A stretch of 64,000 bases of DNA from Schmidtea polychroa (lineage: Eukaryota), in the NCBI GenBank assembly GCA_044892525.1, contig CM097885.1, positions 29,266,001-29,330,000 of the forward strand, written 5' to 3'. This document shows positions 1 through 12,744 of the stretch, piece after piece. The notes beneath the pieces are model-generated. The model was not told the origin of the DNA and did not search any database. It saw only the letters and a list, made by a program, of their open reading frames with translations. Within the stretch, counting starts at the first letter, position 1; the number at the start of each line of letters is the position of its first letter. Position numbers and translations under genes: made by a program.

Positions 1-1427
1 GTAGCCTTCTGTCGTAGTCTTGAGATTGATTCGGTTGTATATCGAGATAGTTAGCTTCGTTAAAGAAAATCTAATTATAAAGGTTTCTAATGGTTTTAAT
101 CATGGTAGGCAATTTTAATTTGTGATCGAGATTGTTTGCTTCTGTATTTTTTTGAACATTTTTTGAAAAACTTTTGAAAGAATAACGAATTATAATATTT
201 AAACTAAGTGATTTTTGTTAATTTTATTAGTATTGCATTTGGAATTCGAAATTAGTATTATATAATTTTGAATACGATTAATATAAGAATTAAAAATCGA
301 TATCTGAGGCACTACATAATTTGTTTAAATTTATTTTATATAATCGGTTGATCGAGTTTATATTAAATGATATGAATTCGTTTTCAAAATATTTTATTAA
401 AATAATTGGTTTTTGTGCCCTGACAGAGATAATTCAAGATCTTGATCAAGTTCTAATTTTTCGATACTTGTGCTAGGATCGATCTAATGGTTTTAATATT
501 CGATTCTTACACATAATTGTTTTATCTGATTCCAAAGATAAACTTTCTGGCGTGAAAGTGTATTTAGATATAAATAAGAAAATATGGTTTAAATGAATAA
601 TATACAAATATTTTACAAATATTACAAAATTTAATTATGTTTGGGCCCTTAAACTTTCTCTAAGATAGAAATTGGTTATTCAAACCGTCCTCAAAATTAA
701 GATGTCAAGCACTGGGACTACTTGGTAATCGCATCACTGATCTATGGCGAAATGATACAAGAGTGAGGGATATTCGCGAAATTTACACGATCACTGGAGC
801 AGATTGTCCTAGCGTTTACCTAATAATTGCCGTCTCAAATTTTACTTCCAGACAGGTAAATCAACTACTATAGTTGACACCTGTGGACGGATATAATTAC
901 ACTTTTAAAGATAAACTGACTGTATAGTTAATATCTTTTAGTCTATAGTTGAACTCGTAAGAGATAAATTTGCTGTTTTTCACTTTACTGACAATCTCTT
1001 ATATAGTACTGTAGCAATTTTCCTACTCAACTTTTGACCAGTGCTACGCTAATATATACTCTGGTCACGTTCTCTCAATATTTCGTATGAATGACTCTTG
1101 ACTCAACAAAGTAACTCAAATAATTTTTTTTATTGATCAGTCTATTGTCCCCTTCAACTAAAATTTTCCCGAATACTTCGCCATTTTTTATAAAAAATAG
1201 TTTTAAAATGATTATTATTAATCTATTTTAAAAATACTATTTTTCGGTTACTATTATCATTTTATGACGTATTTCTATTTTTAGTAATTTTTCCTCTTTA
1301 AAAAAGAGATGGTTTTAAAAGAATACCAATATACTAAAAAAAGGTCATGCATATAATTTGGAATGTAAATGTGGAATTCTGAATCTGGTAGGCACAGCGG
1401 GGGTCTATCAGATTGATGCTCAATAGT

Positions 1428-1534
<107 letters not shown>

Positions 1535-1959
1535 TGTTTTCTTCCACTGACTGAGTTGATGGGCATTCTCACTGTCATATTAAACCTTATGATTTCCTCC
1601 CACTGTTTTTCGACAATATGGTATATTACTTTTAAATATTTTTACTTTTGTGATTCGGCCTTCTTGAGAATGTTGTTGATCATTCTATCCTTTTTCCATT
1701 TTGGCTGTACAGCTATTACTTTGAATGCGAGGTTTGAGAGTTTAATCTTGTGTTGCTACATTTTTTATAAATGAGCACATAAATACGTGCTCTGACATCT
1801 CTCTGACCCCCATGACGTATGAATCTAATGTTATTGTTTTTAATTTCTTGATAATATCCTACGATTATTTCCCCCAGAGCAGCTTCTGTGCGTCTACTAG
1901 GGCTTGGTATTCGTCTTCATTCCCTCGGATTGAGTCTCTGTCCGCCCTCAGTTTTCTGG

Positions 1960-2583
1960 CTAGTAATGCAGTATTTTGGTTCGTGGAGTTATTTTCTTGT
2001 TATACACAACTTTACCTCTGAAATTCCTGATAGATATCTCAGCGGGTTTAGGATTGTTATTGATATCGTACATTTCTTTAATATCCACGAACATGATTAC
2101 TCTCTGTCTCTCGGGTATCGATAATTGTTTGTGTGTGAATGACGTCCTTTTTGAGATAAAATCTTGATGTATTATTATTTCTGATGGAACAATTTCAAGT
2201 TCTCTGAAGGGATTTGGTATTGTTGGGACGTATAAGATTTCTATTGCGATTACACAAGGCAATTTGTTCATTTGAATGAGGAGGTTATTGAACTCGTTTG
2301 GCATACTTCTGTTGTTTTTGAGGGTTTTAATCACCACTGAACAGTTAATTGTTATAATGATTGGGATTCTTTGCTGACATATTGAAACTCGAGTTTTAGT
2401 GATGTGAAACAATATTCTGTGTAGGACTTTTCTCCCTTCACTCGCTGCTATATCAGCATTTTCGAACGTATCGTAGGCACCAGATCTACACAGATCCCGC
2501 AACTTTACTCTCCGAGCCTCATTGAATTTTATTAGTTGCATTTCCCTTTCTTCAATCTCGCACTTCATTTCGTTGGGATGCAC
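1960..2583 (-). pseudogene. 207-aa open segment of a longer decayed coding region of unknown family
   Basis: Long ORF with protein-like composition; stop-interrupted coding-like frames continue to ~1540; no motif recognised. Confidence 0.4.
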
Positions 2584-3053
2584 ACTTGATTGGGAAAGTT
2601 TCTGATGGTAATTGGTGCCTCACCTGAGGTGATCTTGTTTTGAAGGTTTTTTATAAAATACAATTTCTGGATTGAACAACTATACTTTTGAATTGGGTGT
2701 TGTTTTTGGATGGAAACTGGATTGTGTTCTCATGGAATTGCTGGATTGCATTGTATTGTTTTTTCTAAAGAAATAAAATAAATATACATATTTACTGCCA
2801 TTTGAGGTTTTACCTTATACGCTTTGCAGTATGTAACTAGGGTCTGTTGCGCCCGGGGCGAGTCAAAAATTTTCGTCCCCAACCTCAATTAATTAGATTT
2901 TTTAAATAAAGAAATTACTAATAGTTGTTTGTGATTACTGAAGATATCAGAAAGACATAATAACTTCATATAAAATAATATAAAATATCGAGAAATATAC
3001 ATTAAAGAAAAATTTCTTTTAAATTTTTTTATATTTCATCTTATTTATATTAC

Positions 3054-3191
3054 AAGTTAATTTTCCTTGATTTTACTGATGCAAATTTATAAATTACTTC
3101 ATCAAAATTAATTTTTTCCGTTGCCTTACGTTTTATACTTAATAATGCGAGATCACTCAGCCTAACTTGTCCCATTAATGCTCTTAAATAA
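3054..3191 (-). pseudogene. C-terminal hAT dimerisation segment of the same transposase
   Basis: Reverse strand reads YLRALMGQVRLSDLALLSIKRKATEKINFDEVIYKFASVKSRKINL*. Confidence 0.85.
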
Positions 3192-4070
3192 TGTTGGGTT
3201 GAACTACCAGGTTGAAATACGAGGTAAAGCTGAATTGGATTTAAGGGAAACGTCCAGAGTAAAAATAAAATAGATAAATAGGTCTAACACTAACCGAATT
3301 AAATAAAAATAACTATAAAATAAATAAAAACGGAAGAATCAATAATAAAAAAACCGAAATAAACAATAAAATAAAAACAAAACAATTAAAAATAAAAAAT
3401 CACTAGAAATAGAAATAGTTATAGGAAATAGGATGTTGACTACGAGCAACCAACAAACGAGGAAAATAACTTAATAAAATCAGATTTAAGGAAAATAAAA
3501 TCTGAAAACGCGAAAACCAAATCCGACCATAAAATGCATAAAACTATCAACAAAACTTAGATAAGAATTAAAAACGAATTATTACACCTATGAGATCTAA
3601 CAAGAACCCACAAAAGTTATAAAATATGAAAAATAAATAAAAACAATAGATTAATAAAATAACAATAAATAACGCTTAGTAAAACAATTTAAAAATTGAA
3701 AATAACAAAAAATAAATAAAAAACAACACAGCTTAGTCCTCATTGGACCAAAAATAATATATAATGTAGACGCGAAAATCACTTTATTAACTCTACCAAA
3801 TTCCAAATAGGACTAAACACAGCGACTTACGGACTCATACAATCAGGAAAATAACCAGCTACTGAACTTAATTTAGAATCAATTACAAAAGAGAAGATCT
3901 ATGTAGACCGAAAATCAGCGAGATATTTTCAGGATCACTTATAACCCATTCAGTTTTACAATTTCGATTCAGGACTTAGAGTCATAATTTTGATTATTTG
4001 TTATGATATTTAGAATCCATGCAATAGTAGTACATAATCTTATTTAGATAATTTTAGTAGTAGTAACGGT
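3192..4070 (+). mobile_element. LTR-like segment, copy 1 of a TGTTGGG-headed family
   Basis: Begins TGTTGGG where the hAT coding sequence breaks; A-rich tract, ATTGG, TATA-like box and ACAGCGACTTAC motif shared with the copy at 7833. Confidence 0.55.
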
Positions 4071-4082
4071 TTCCAGTTAGAT

Positions 4083-6610
4083 CAGGGGTTCTTAGCCTTT
4101 TTTACATCATACCTCACCTAATATTTAATTTGATGTTCTCACCTCCAGCAGAATTATTTTTTTTTAAGAAAAGATAAGAAACATAATTAGTGGTATACCA
4201 ACATTACATATATTATTTTATTTTCACCATTTTAATATATTTATAAAAAAATTGTATTTAATTCATACTGTGATATAAAAAATTATATTTTATATTTAAT
4301 TCATATTGACAAAATTTATTTAAAGTTTAAAGATAGAAAATATGTGAAAAATTTAAAGAATAATTCCCAAATTCAAAGAATATTTTTTATGTAAATACTT
4401 CAAAATAATAAGGCAGCATTAATGAGATGATTGTTGCTGCTTGCCGTCAATAAGATGCGAAATTCGCGGAACAATCTTAGACAATGCTAAGCGCATGTCA
4501 TGCCTGGCATCCAATCGATTTCTGGTTTTCGGATTTACATTGACCAATGTTGAAAATGCAGATTCGCAGAGGTATGTTGTTGCAAATGGTATCAAAGCTG
4601 AAAGAGCTTTATTTGCCAAAACCGGATAAGAATCTATTTGTGAGCACCAAAATTCATCAAGATTTTGGTTGATAAATTTTTGCCTGACCATAGCCTTGCT
4701 CTGTAAATCAATGAGGTCGTCTTTTTGCATGTCAGCATCATCCATGGAGTCTAAATTAAATATGAATGGATTTCGAATCCACTGATCAATTTTTAAATTG
4801 TCTTCTACAAAGTAGTTATCAAAAGAATTCATGACATTATCCAAATGTATTAAAATATCAGTTCGAATCCAATTTGGCACCGCTTTTAATAAATATTCAG
4901 CACAGAAAATTTTTTCTAGAGATGGGAAATTTGCATAATTACCTTTTGATACGCGGTTCTTCCAAAGAGCTAGTTTTTGCTTGAAGGCTGTAATCTTCTC
5001 ATTTGCATCTAAAATAGTAACTTCTGACCCTCGAAGGGAAATATTTAGATCATTTAAATGTGAAAATACATCTGCAAGATAGGCCAATGATGCAGTAAAA
5101 TTGTGAGTTTCAAACTCTCCACACAATTTATTTTCTTTCTCTCGAAGAAATGTTATTATCTCCATTTTGAGTTCCAGGACACGAGTGAAAACTCGTCCAC
5201 GTGAAATCCAGCGTACATCAGTGTGATAAAGCAGCATTTCATGAGAAGCTCCAACTTCTTGGCATAATATTTTGAAGAGTCTGTGATTCAAAGCTCGAGA
5301 TCGGATGAAATTTACAGCTTGGACAGTGATATCCATGGCAGACTTGAGTCTTTGTGGAAGAGTTCGTGATGCCAATGCATGGCGATGTAAAAAACAATGC
5401 AGAACCATAACATTTGGAGCCACCGCTCGTACCAATGCTCCAAAACCAGAATTTTTCCCTAGCATGGAAGGTGCACCATCAGTACATGTGAATCCTAACT
5501 TTTCCTTCCAAACAAGTTTATTTTCTGAAAAAAAATCATCAATTATCTGGTACACATCAGTCGCTTTTGTAGTAGCTAATATCGGATGGCAGAACAAAAA
5601 CTCTTCTTTAAACCAGTTTCGGTGGTATATCTAACAAAGGTCAAAAGTTGACTGCACTGAGCTACATCAGTACTTTCATCCAGTTGCAGACCAAAAGGAA
5701 GAGTTGCTTTCTTCAGTTCTGACATAAGTTGATCCAAAATATCAGATGACATTTCCACAATTCGACTTCTTATCACGTCATTTGAAAGAGGTACTGCCGC
5801 GATCTGATTTCTCTGTGGCTTTCCGAGAACAGCTTCTACCATTTCAAGAGCACAAGGCTTGACCAACGTTTCACCGATGGTATGAGACTTTTTGTTCTTT
5901 GCGATAAGATATGCTACTTTATAACTAGCTGCAACAAGGGGCTTTTGATTAATTCCAAAACCTAACTTGGTTAAAGTACCTGATGACAGAAATCGAGCTT
6001 TTTTCTGCTTGAGAGATTCAAGTGAGTCTCCAGAATTATTTGAATGCATTTTTGTAAAATGTTCAAGGAGTTTAGAAGGCCTCATATTATCATTGCAGAG
6101 AATTTTTAAGCATAGAAAGCATTGGGGTTTTTCGATTTTATCACGAACACAGCATGTAAATCCAAATTTCACATAATCCTCACTATATTTCCTTTTTTTT
6201 CGACATATTTCTTTTTTATTATTAGCGGTAACGAAATAATTGAAACAAGTTAAAAGAAATGCAACTATCAGCAACCAATATAAACTTTACTAAACTTGAA
6301 TATAAAAATGTATATAATTTTGAATTTTTTCAAAGGCTATTTGATTTCAAAAAAAACATAATTAATTAGAAATAGTTATGTACAAAAATAGAGAAATGCT
6401 AACCTATTTAGCAAAAAAGTAATCGTTCAAATTTTATTTTGTATAATATAAATATGTACATAATAAATAAAACAAGTTTAAATTTTGAAGAATTTTTTTA
6501 AATTATTTTTTTTGTAAATAATTTTAATTTTTATTTAAAAAAAACAACAAAAATAAACAAAATCTCATACCTCCCAAAGGGAGGTATACCTCACCGGTTA
6601 AGAAACCCTG
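4083..6610 (-). mobile_element. Buster/Charlie-family hAT transposon, full length (2528 bp)
   Basis: TIRs CAGGGGTTCTTAGCC and (rc) CAGGGTTTCTTAACC; perfect 8-bp TSD AGTTAGAT (4075-4082, 6611-6618) with central TA as expected for Buster targets. Confidence 0.95.
4419..6206 (-). pseudogene. Buster-type (ZBED8/SCAND3-like) transposase with two 1-nt indels
   Basis: BED finger CFLC..HFTKMH, LQLDESTD, CTDGAP, HCFLHRHAL, VRWISRG, YLCESAFS. Probable start MSKKRKY at 6206 needs one fewer A in an A8 run; second shift near 5610. Confidence 0.9.
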
Positions 6611-7832
6611 AGTTAGATCATTTGTTAGTGATTATATCACAATTACTCCGAGTGGCTCGGTTGGTGATGAGGCTCACCATAGTCAGGAATAGATGCACTT
6701 AATCGTCCTAAAATCGTGTTTGTTTCACCGCATAGGTCGATGATAAAATCTACTGCGTTCTTCGATTACATATCCCGCAATTATCTCGACGTCAATCGTC
6801 GCTTGCTTATTTGTTTATTTTAAAATCTGCAGAATTATCAGAAAACGCGATTAGATTCTTCATGTGATACGACGGGTAGATGAACAATTCGTCTATGATT
6901 CTCGATATTCACTCGTTGGCGATCAAATCGATGAAAGGTAAAACCTATGGAATTTACGAAGACGTTGGATTATTCTCCTGCGATTACTGGATCTATTACT
7001 CTGTAAGAGGAACCTATTTATGAATAGAAAAATCATAGCTTTTGAAATATTAGTCGATGCTCCGACGAAATTGTTCCCTATACTGTTAGATAAAAGCATG
7101 ATTAGGTGAACGTACTATCGCCGAGTTAGAGAACCCCCCCCCCCCAATTTTTTTATGAATTTATCTTTATCCTCTGTCCAACCCTCGTGGCTAATCATCC
7201 AGCAGGACGATCTGTACCCTATCGATACGAGTATCGACAGTTCCAGACGTCCTCCTGGCTAATCGGCTCACTTTCACAGTCAATAAAATCATTATAATAA
7301 TTAAAATTGAATAAATGTGCAAATAAATAAATGAACCATTAATACTACTAATTTCGAGACGTGACACTCAATACATTCCGACGACAACTCTTGGATTATT
7401 CCCTGATACTAAAACTACCCTGCCGCTACCTCTTGATCAACGTCCGACCCTTCCACGGCGCTTGCTGGTGCCTAGCTCTAACCCGCCATTGGGCACTTCA
7501 TTTCTCGTTTCATATTTTCCCTAATCTGACCTGTTCATATCCGCCTGACTCGTCGATTATCTCCCTCATTGACGCTGACCCCTTTTCTTGACTTCCACTT
7601 CATTCCGACCTCCTTACCCTGTCCATTTATCGGTCATCGACTTTTCCCTCAACTCTCTCAGTTCGTAATTTCTGAGTAACTGATATTGATCCTTCTCTTC
7701 CCATTCCAAACCCAATTGAACATTCACTTCTCGCGAAAATGGCATCAGATTTCTCCGACTAAGATTTTTGCTTTTTCCCAATCTCCTAATGCTTCTGTCT
7801 GTGTCGACCGAGTTCCCATCTGTTGATCCCTC

Positions 7833-8500
7833 TGTTGGGCTGAGTCGAAAACGTAACTGTTGAAAAGTAGGAAAGTAAGAAAGTAGGAAGTTAAAGAAAA
7901 TAAAAATAAAATAAACGAAGTGAAGAATAAAATAGAATAGGATATAAGGAAAACAATAATTAGGTTATAAGAATTAAAACAAAAAATAAAAATAAGAAAA
8001 ATTAAAATAGAACAATAAGTTGACGAATAAATGGTGTAAAATTCAATAAACATTGAGGAAATTAAGGAAATAAATAAAAATAAATATAATAAAAATAAAG
8101 AAAAGTAAGGAAAATAACTAAAAAACAGGAAAAAAGTAAATTAAAATTGAAAAATTAGCGGTACTCAATTCTGATTGGTCCGCACAAATAACAATTTACT
8201 ATATAAACAGACACTAAAATCATTAAAATTACAGTTTTTATAGGTAATTTTTACAAATTTTATAGGTAAGTGAAGTTTTTACAGTGACAGTTAACTCCAA
8301 AATTTTATAGGTAAACAACAGCGACTTACAGAAATTCATTCAAGAGCCAGAGATATTAGCAAATCGACAATTAACCAAATCTACTTAGGTATTACCAGGA
8401 ATTCTAGTTACGAATTATCGACGAAAATTTGAACGATTCTTAAGATCCAGTACTTTTCGATTCAGCCTAAATCTATCGGAGAATTTGGTAAGGAATTTCC
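7833..8500 (+). mobile_element. LTR-like segment, copy 2
   Basis: TGTTGGGCTGA start, A-rich tract, ATTCTGATTGGTC, TATATAAACAGAC, ACAGCGACTTAC. Confidence 0.55.
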
Positions 8501-10587
8501 TAATCTTATTTGTAGAATTACTTTTAAGTCATAATGTTAACTATATAAAATGAAACTAATGTTAATAGTACTTTTCATTTGATCCGATAAAATTTATAAA
8601 TTTTTATTTTTTCGATGTTTAATAAACGTATTATTTATGAATGGTTATGTTTTATTTTGCAATGAAATATAAAGTTTATGATTTTCAACTTATTGAGTAA
8701 CGTGGAGTTGAGAAACTTCCGGTCATGGTGAGAGGTGCCTTCGGGAGCTCCGCCGGTGGACCTGAAGTTTTTCAATCACGCAGCTTGATTGGGCCGAAAT
8801 GTGAAGGCTTCTTCACGGGTCCAAACGCTGAAGGTGACTTAAAATCTGTCAGAATATCGGAACATAGATTGAAATAAAACATTCTAAATTTGTAGAAGAA
8901 TAAGTCATGTGCTTCACAGCGACTGAGAGTGTTCCCATAATAACTCTGTATTGTCAAGTGCTACCTTACCAGACATTCATGCCACTTCCATCTATAAATC
9001 TGAGTTCACAATGTTGCTGGAAAATACACTTAACATTCATCGCTGATTTTCTAACATCTCGAAAATTTGAACTTGCATTCTGTAGCTTTTGGGAAAGTAA
9101 ACCTAAGTTAGGTCCTCTCTTTCATAGTGTGACATTCAAGCCTAGATTATGATAACGAAGTTGTAAAGAGGGAAAGTAAAACCTAAAACCACGACAATAC
9201 TTTATTTAATCGCATATATTAACACAAACTAGTATTATTCATTGAAAATCTTTCATACAATTAAACCGGAACATTCACTACTAAAATGTGCTTCGTAGTC
9301 TGGTTAGCTGGTTCGGAGAGATCTTCCATCGTCTGAAACATCCAACGTCAAGTAAATTGAGTCATATTAAATAAATCCAACGTTGCGAAATCGGACAGGA
9401 ATCGACATGCGGTGTAATATTTAAAATTTATTTAGTGCGATCGACAGTGGCAGATAAATTTTCCCCGATTTATTCGGAATACCCACTCTTGAAATAGGGT
9501 TTACAGAGATCGATCGGCCGGTACAGAGGGATATTACATCGTTTAAATCTCCATTATCAAAGAATTTTCGACTCATGTTAATATATTCCAATATCATAGT
9601 TCAGCGGAGTAACAACTAGAAATCGATATAATGGCAAAAATTCTCCAACACCAGATGCGCAAGTAATGTCGAAATTCCACTAGATAACACACATGCCGAG
9701 AAGTATAGTAGATAAGCGTTAATGAACTGTGAGTATAAATGAGAAATGGCACTACTAAAATACCACCCGGCATAGCATTGAAATCCACCACACGACATTT
9801 AACGAAATACCCGTCATCAGAGATAATGGCAGATAACATATTCTATTAACCACAGTAGTAGGTCATCGATTCACAAATGTTGGCGTGGCGAATTTTGTAT
9901 CGTACTAAGATAAGGGAAATAATCACCAGACGATTACCATCTGTAAAATTCACTCAGTAGATGCTTGTAGATGAAATATTATAAGTGCTAAATAGAAAAT
10001 TTTCGATAAAACATTCACTGGTAACAGCTAGATTATTAAAGTAAACGATATAAGTACTCATGAAATTTTTAATTAAAGAGCAGTGATTTTCCACTAAATA
10101 AAATGAATACCAATTGAAAATACTACCAAGAATAATTAAGATGCGTTGTAATAATAATTAAGGGCGAAAGAGGTAATAAAGGTAATTAAATAGATGCATA
10201 ATGCGGTAGTCACTCGTGAATAAAACCCAGGAGTCAGGACAGAGGGACGTTGTGGGAAAGTGATTAGCGCGGCAAAATAGTAGTTTTTCGAATTAACGTA
10301 TAATTTAGCGTTCCCTTTTTAAATAGAAGTGTCATGGTTAGCGAATTTTTCTAAATTTTAAAGTCACATTCCGTCTGCATTCGTCAACACCCTAATGCCA
10401 GTCGTTGATTAATAGTTTTGTAAAAGAAAGTGATAGTTATAAACCGTCTGGGGGGAAAGGGATCTCTTCTCCCCTACTCTTTATGTTTCTTCTTGTACTG
10501 GATCCCCAATATAGCCATCTGCACTGAAACAACGACTTTACAAAGTTAGTATAATTTGGTTATTGTAGTTATTCTTTATAGTCATCC

Positions 10588-11352
10588 ATGATGCCATCAA
10601 ACGTCAAACCTGTTCTCCGTCCTTGCTTCTCCTGCTCCGACAAAAACGCTATAATCAAGGATTTACAAACCCAGATCGGTCGATACAAACGTAAAATCGA
10701 CGAGTTGGAAGGCACATGGTTCAGCCCAGTGCAAATGAAGGCAGTGCAGAAAAAGCTATACCGTAGCGAGCACTGCCGGGACGCTCTAATTTCCGAGAGC
10801 CGCTCCCAACGAAGCTTAATTAAAGAACAATCCGAAGCGTTACATAAGGTATATGTACAACCCAACACAACTAAGAAGATTGTTCAAATTCCTATCAACG
10901 AAGCTGATAATCTGTTCCCAGTGCACCACGACACCTCGGCGAAGTCATCATCTCCATTTAAAAGATCTTGTCGTGAGTGCGTGGAGAATGAACTTTCACC
11001 GAAACACATGGATATTGTCTTTACGGGGACTAGTAAAGCGCAGCCTAATATCGCCTCTACGTCTGCTGCATCGCAGAACAACTCCACAGCTTCCAAATCC
11101 AAGAGTCGACAGCTGTCACGTGCCGAGCGTAAGAAGAGGCAGCGCCAGCGCGCGTTAACGAAATCAAACGACCCTTCGACGGAAAACCCAGTCGATATCG
11201 GTAGCTCCAACATATCCATCGATCTAACTACAGGACTCCCAGCGCGGATTATCTCGGCCGCTGGTGGGACATGGGAGGAAAATGCCTCCGAGTTCTTCGA
11301 TTTGGACGAATTACTCGCTGACACCGAGTGGGAAAATGAGATCCCGCGGTGA
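10588..11352 (+). CDS. Hypothetical 254-aa protein of the ELEGTWFSP family (CxxC, predicted coiled coil, basic tract, acidic tail)
   Basis: Intact ATG-to-TGA ORF, GC-richer than flanks, AATAAA ~110 nt downstream; motif shared with ORFs at 17687 and 21405. Confidence 0.7.
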   Translation: MMPSNVKPVLRPCFSCSDKNAIIKDLQTQIGRYKRKIDELEGTWFSPVQMKAVQKKLYRSEHCRDALISESRSQRSLIKEQSEALHKVYVQPNTTKKIVQIPINEADNLFPVHHDTSAKSSSPFKRSCRECVENELSPKHMDIVFTGTSKAQPNIASTSAASQNNSTASKSKSRQLSRAERKKRQRQRALTKSNDPSTENPVDIGSSNISIDLTTGLPARIISAAGGTWEENASEFFDLDELLADTEWENEIPR

Positions 11353-12182
11353 ACGTTCATAGGGATTACAGATGATCCCGTCTACATTTTTGACGCTCCT
11401 TTCCTTCCCTTCGAAGTACATCGCAGTGTATATAGCTGGAATTCTGTGTCATGATGTTGCCATAAATAAATTTTGTTGTTTTCATGCGTTTCCTTTTATT
11501 GGTAGTCTGACCTCGATTAATGGTTATGAGATAAAATCTTCGAGATCCAGTAAATAATCACCAATTTGCATTTAACGTAATTTTGGTAAACGGTTGCATA
11601 ATGTGAAAGGACGTAAGCCCTTCTATCGGCAGTCGTGAATAGTAAGTCGAGGCCTCAGTAAGGAGTAGTCCTAAGGCAGGGGCTCACCTGCTTACTGGCG
11701 TCTCGCAGGCATAGTGCAGTTCCAACGTGAAGCAATTCACGGGCACTATGTTGGAGTATAGATTGTGCAGGGTCCTGCTCGGGGTTGAAGAAGTAGCTAC
11801 TTGACGCAGATGGGCAATCATCCCTTAGAGAAAAGAGTTAACGGGAAAGGAGTCGACCGAGTAGTACCCCAGCACCTCCATTTACATAATCCGCATGTAT
11901 TGAACACAAATTTTAATAACAAATCCATACGACCGAGCCTTTTATTTATGTAACTTAATTGACTAAAGGTGATTTACAATTGATCTAAAACATTCATATA
12001 CATTCCTTTGATGAGCATAAAAATCATAGTATACCTAAATGGATATTATAAACCTAAAATCAAAAGAAATGAGAACAACGAACCATAAAAATTCTTTAAA
12101 TTGAAATTTATCAATATAATAAACACATTACTTAAAATAAACTTAAAAATAAATAAAATCAAACGCACCTGTTGAAAATCAC

Positions 12183-12743
12183 TGGGTTGATAACTGAATG
12201 TGAACTGAATATAGCGAATATAAGTTTCGATAGTAATTTTAGTCCTCGGATCCCGAATGTATAGTTTGTTTATAGACGTTCTGTGGTACCTTAACGATGA
12301 TTTTAGAAACTGACAAAATTTGTCAGTCTGTTCGCTTATATATCAAATTCTGTCCAATCAGAATTCAGTAAGTTGTAATTTTATGATTTTATTCTTTTTC
12401 CTCTCTTTTTTATTATTTTTATGTTTTCCTTTACTTTTTTGTAACTTTATTAATAAATGATTTTATATATTCCTATTTTCTTTTCTTTTGAGGATTTTCG
12501 GGTATTTTTATCGTATTTTCTTATTTTTCATTAATTATTATTTTTATTGTCGTTATTACGTTAATTTTCATTATTTTTATTATTCTCCCTGTTTCTTTCC
12601 TTCTAGGTGTATTTTATTTAGACTTTCCGCGGTTATTTTATTTTAACTTATCCGTTTCCTATTTCCCCCATTTATTCCCTTATCTGTGATTCTTATTTTA
12701 GTTATTTACATAATTTTGATCCCATTCAGTTATCAGCCCAACA
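12183..12743 (-). mobile_element. LTR-like segment, copy 3 (inverted), with ~20-bp terminal inverted repeats
   Basis: Ends CATTCAGTTATCAGCCCAACA at the hAT junction and starts TGGGTTGATAACTGAATG; reverse strand carries the same ATTCTGATTGG and TATATAA motifs. Confidence 0.55.
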
Positions 12744-12744
12744 A

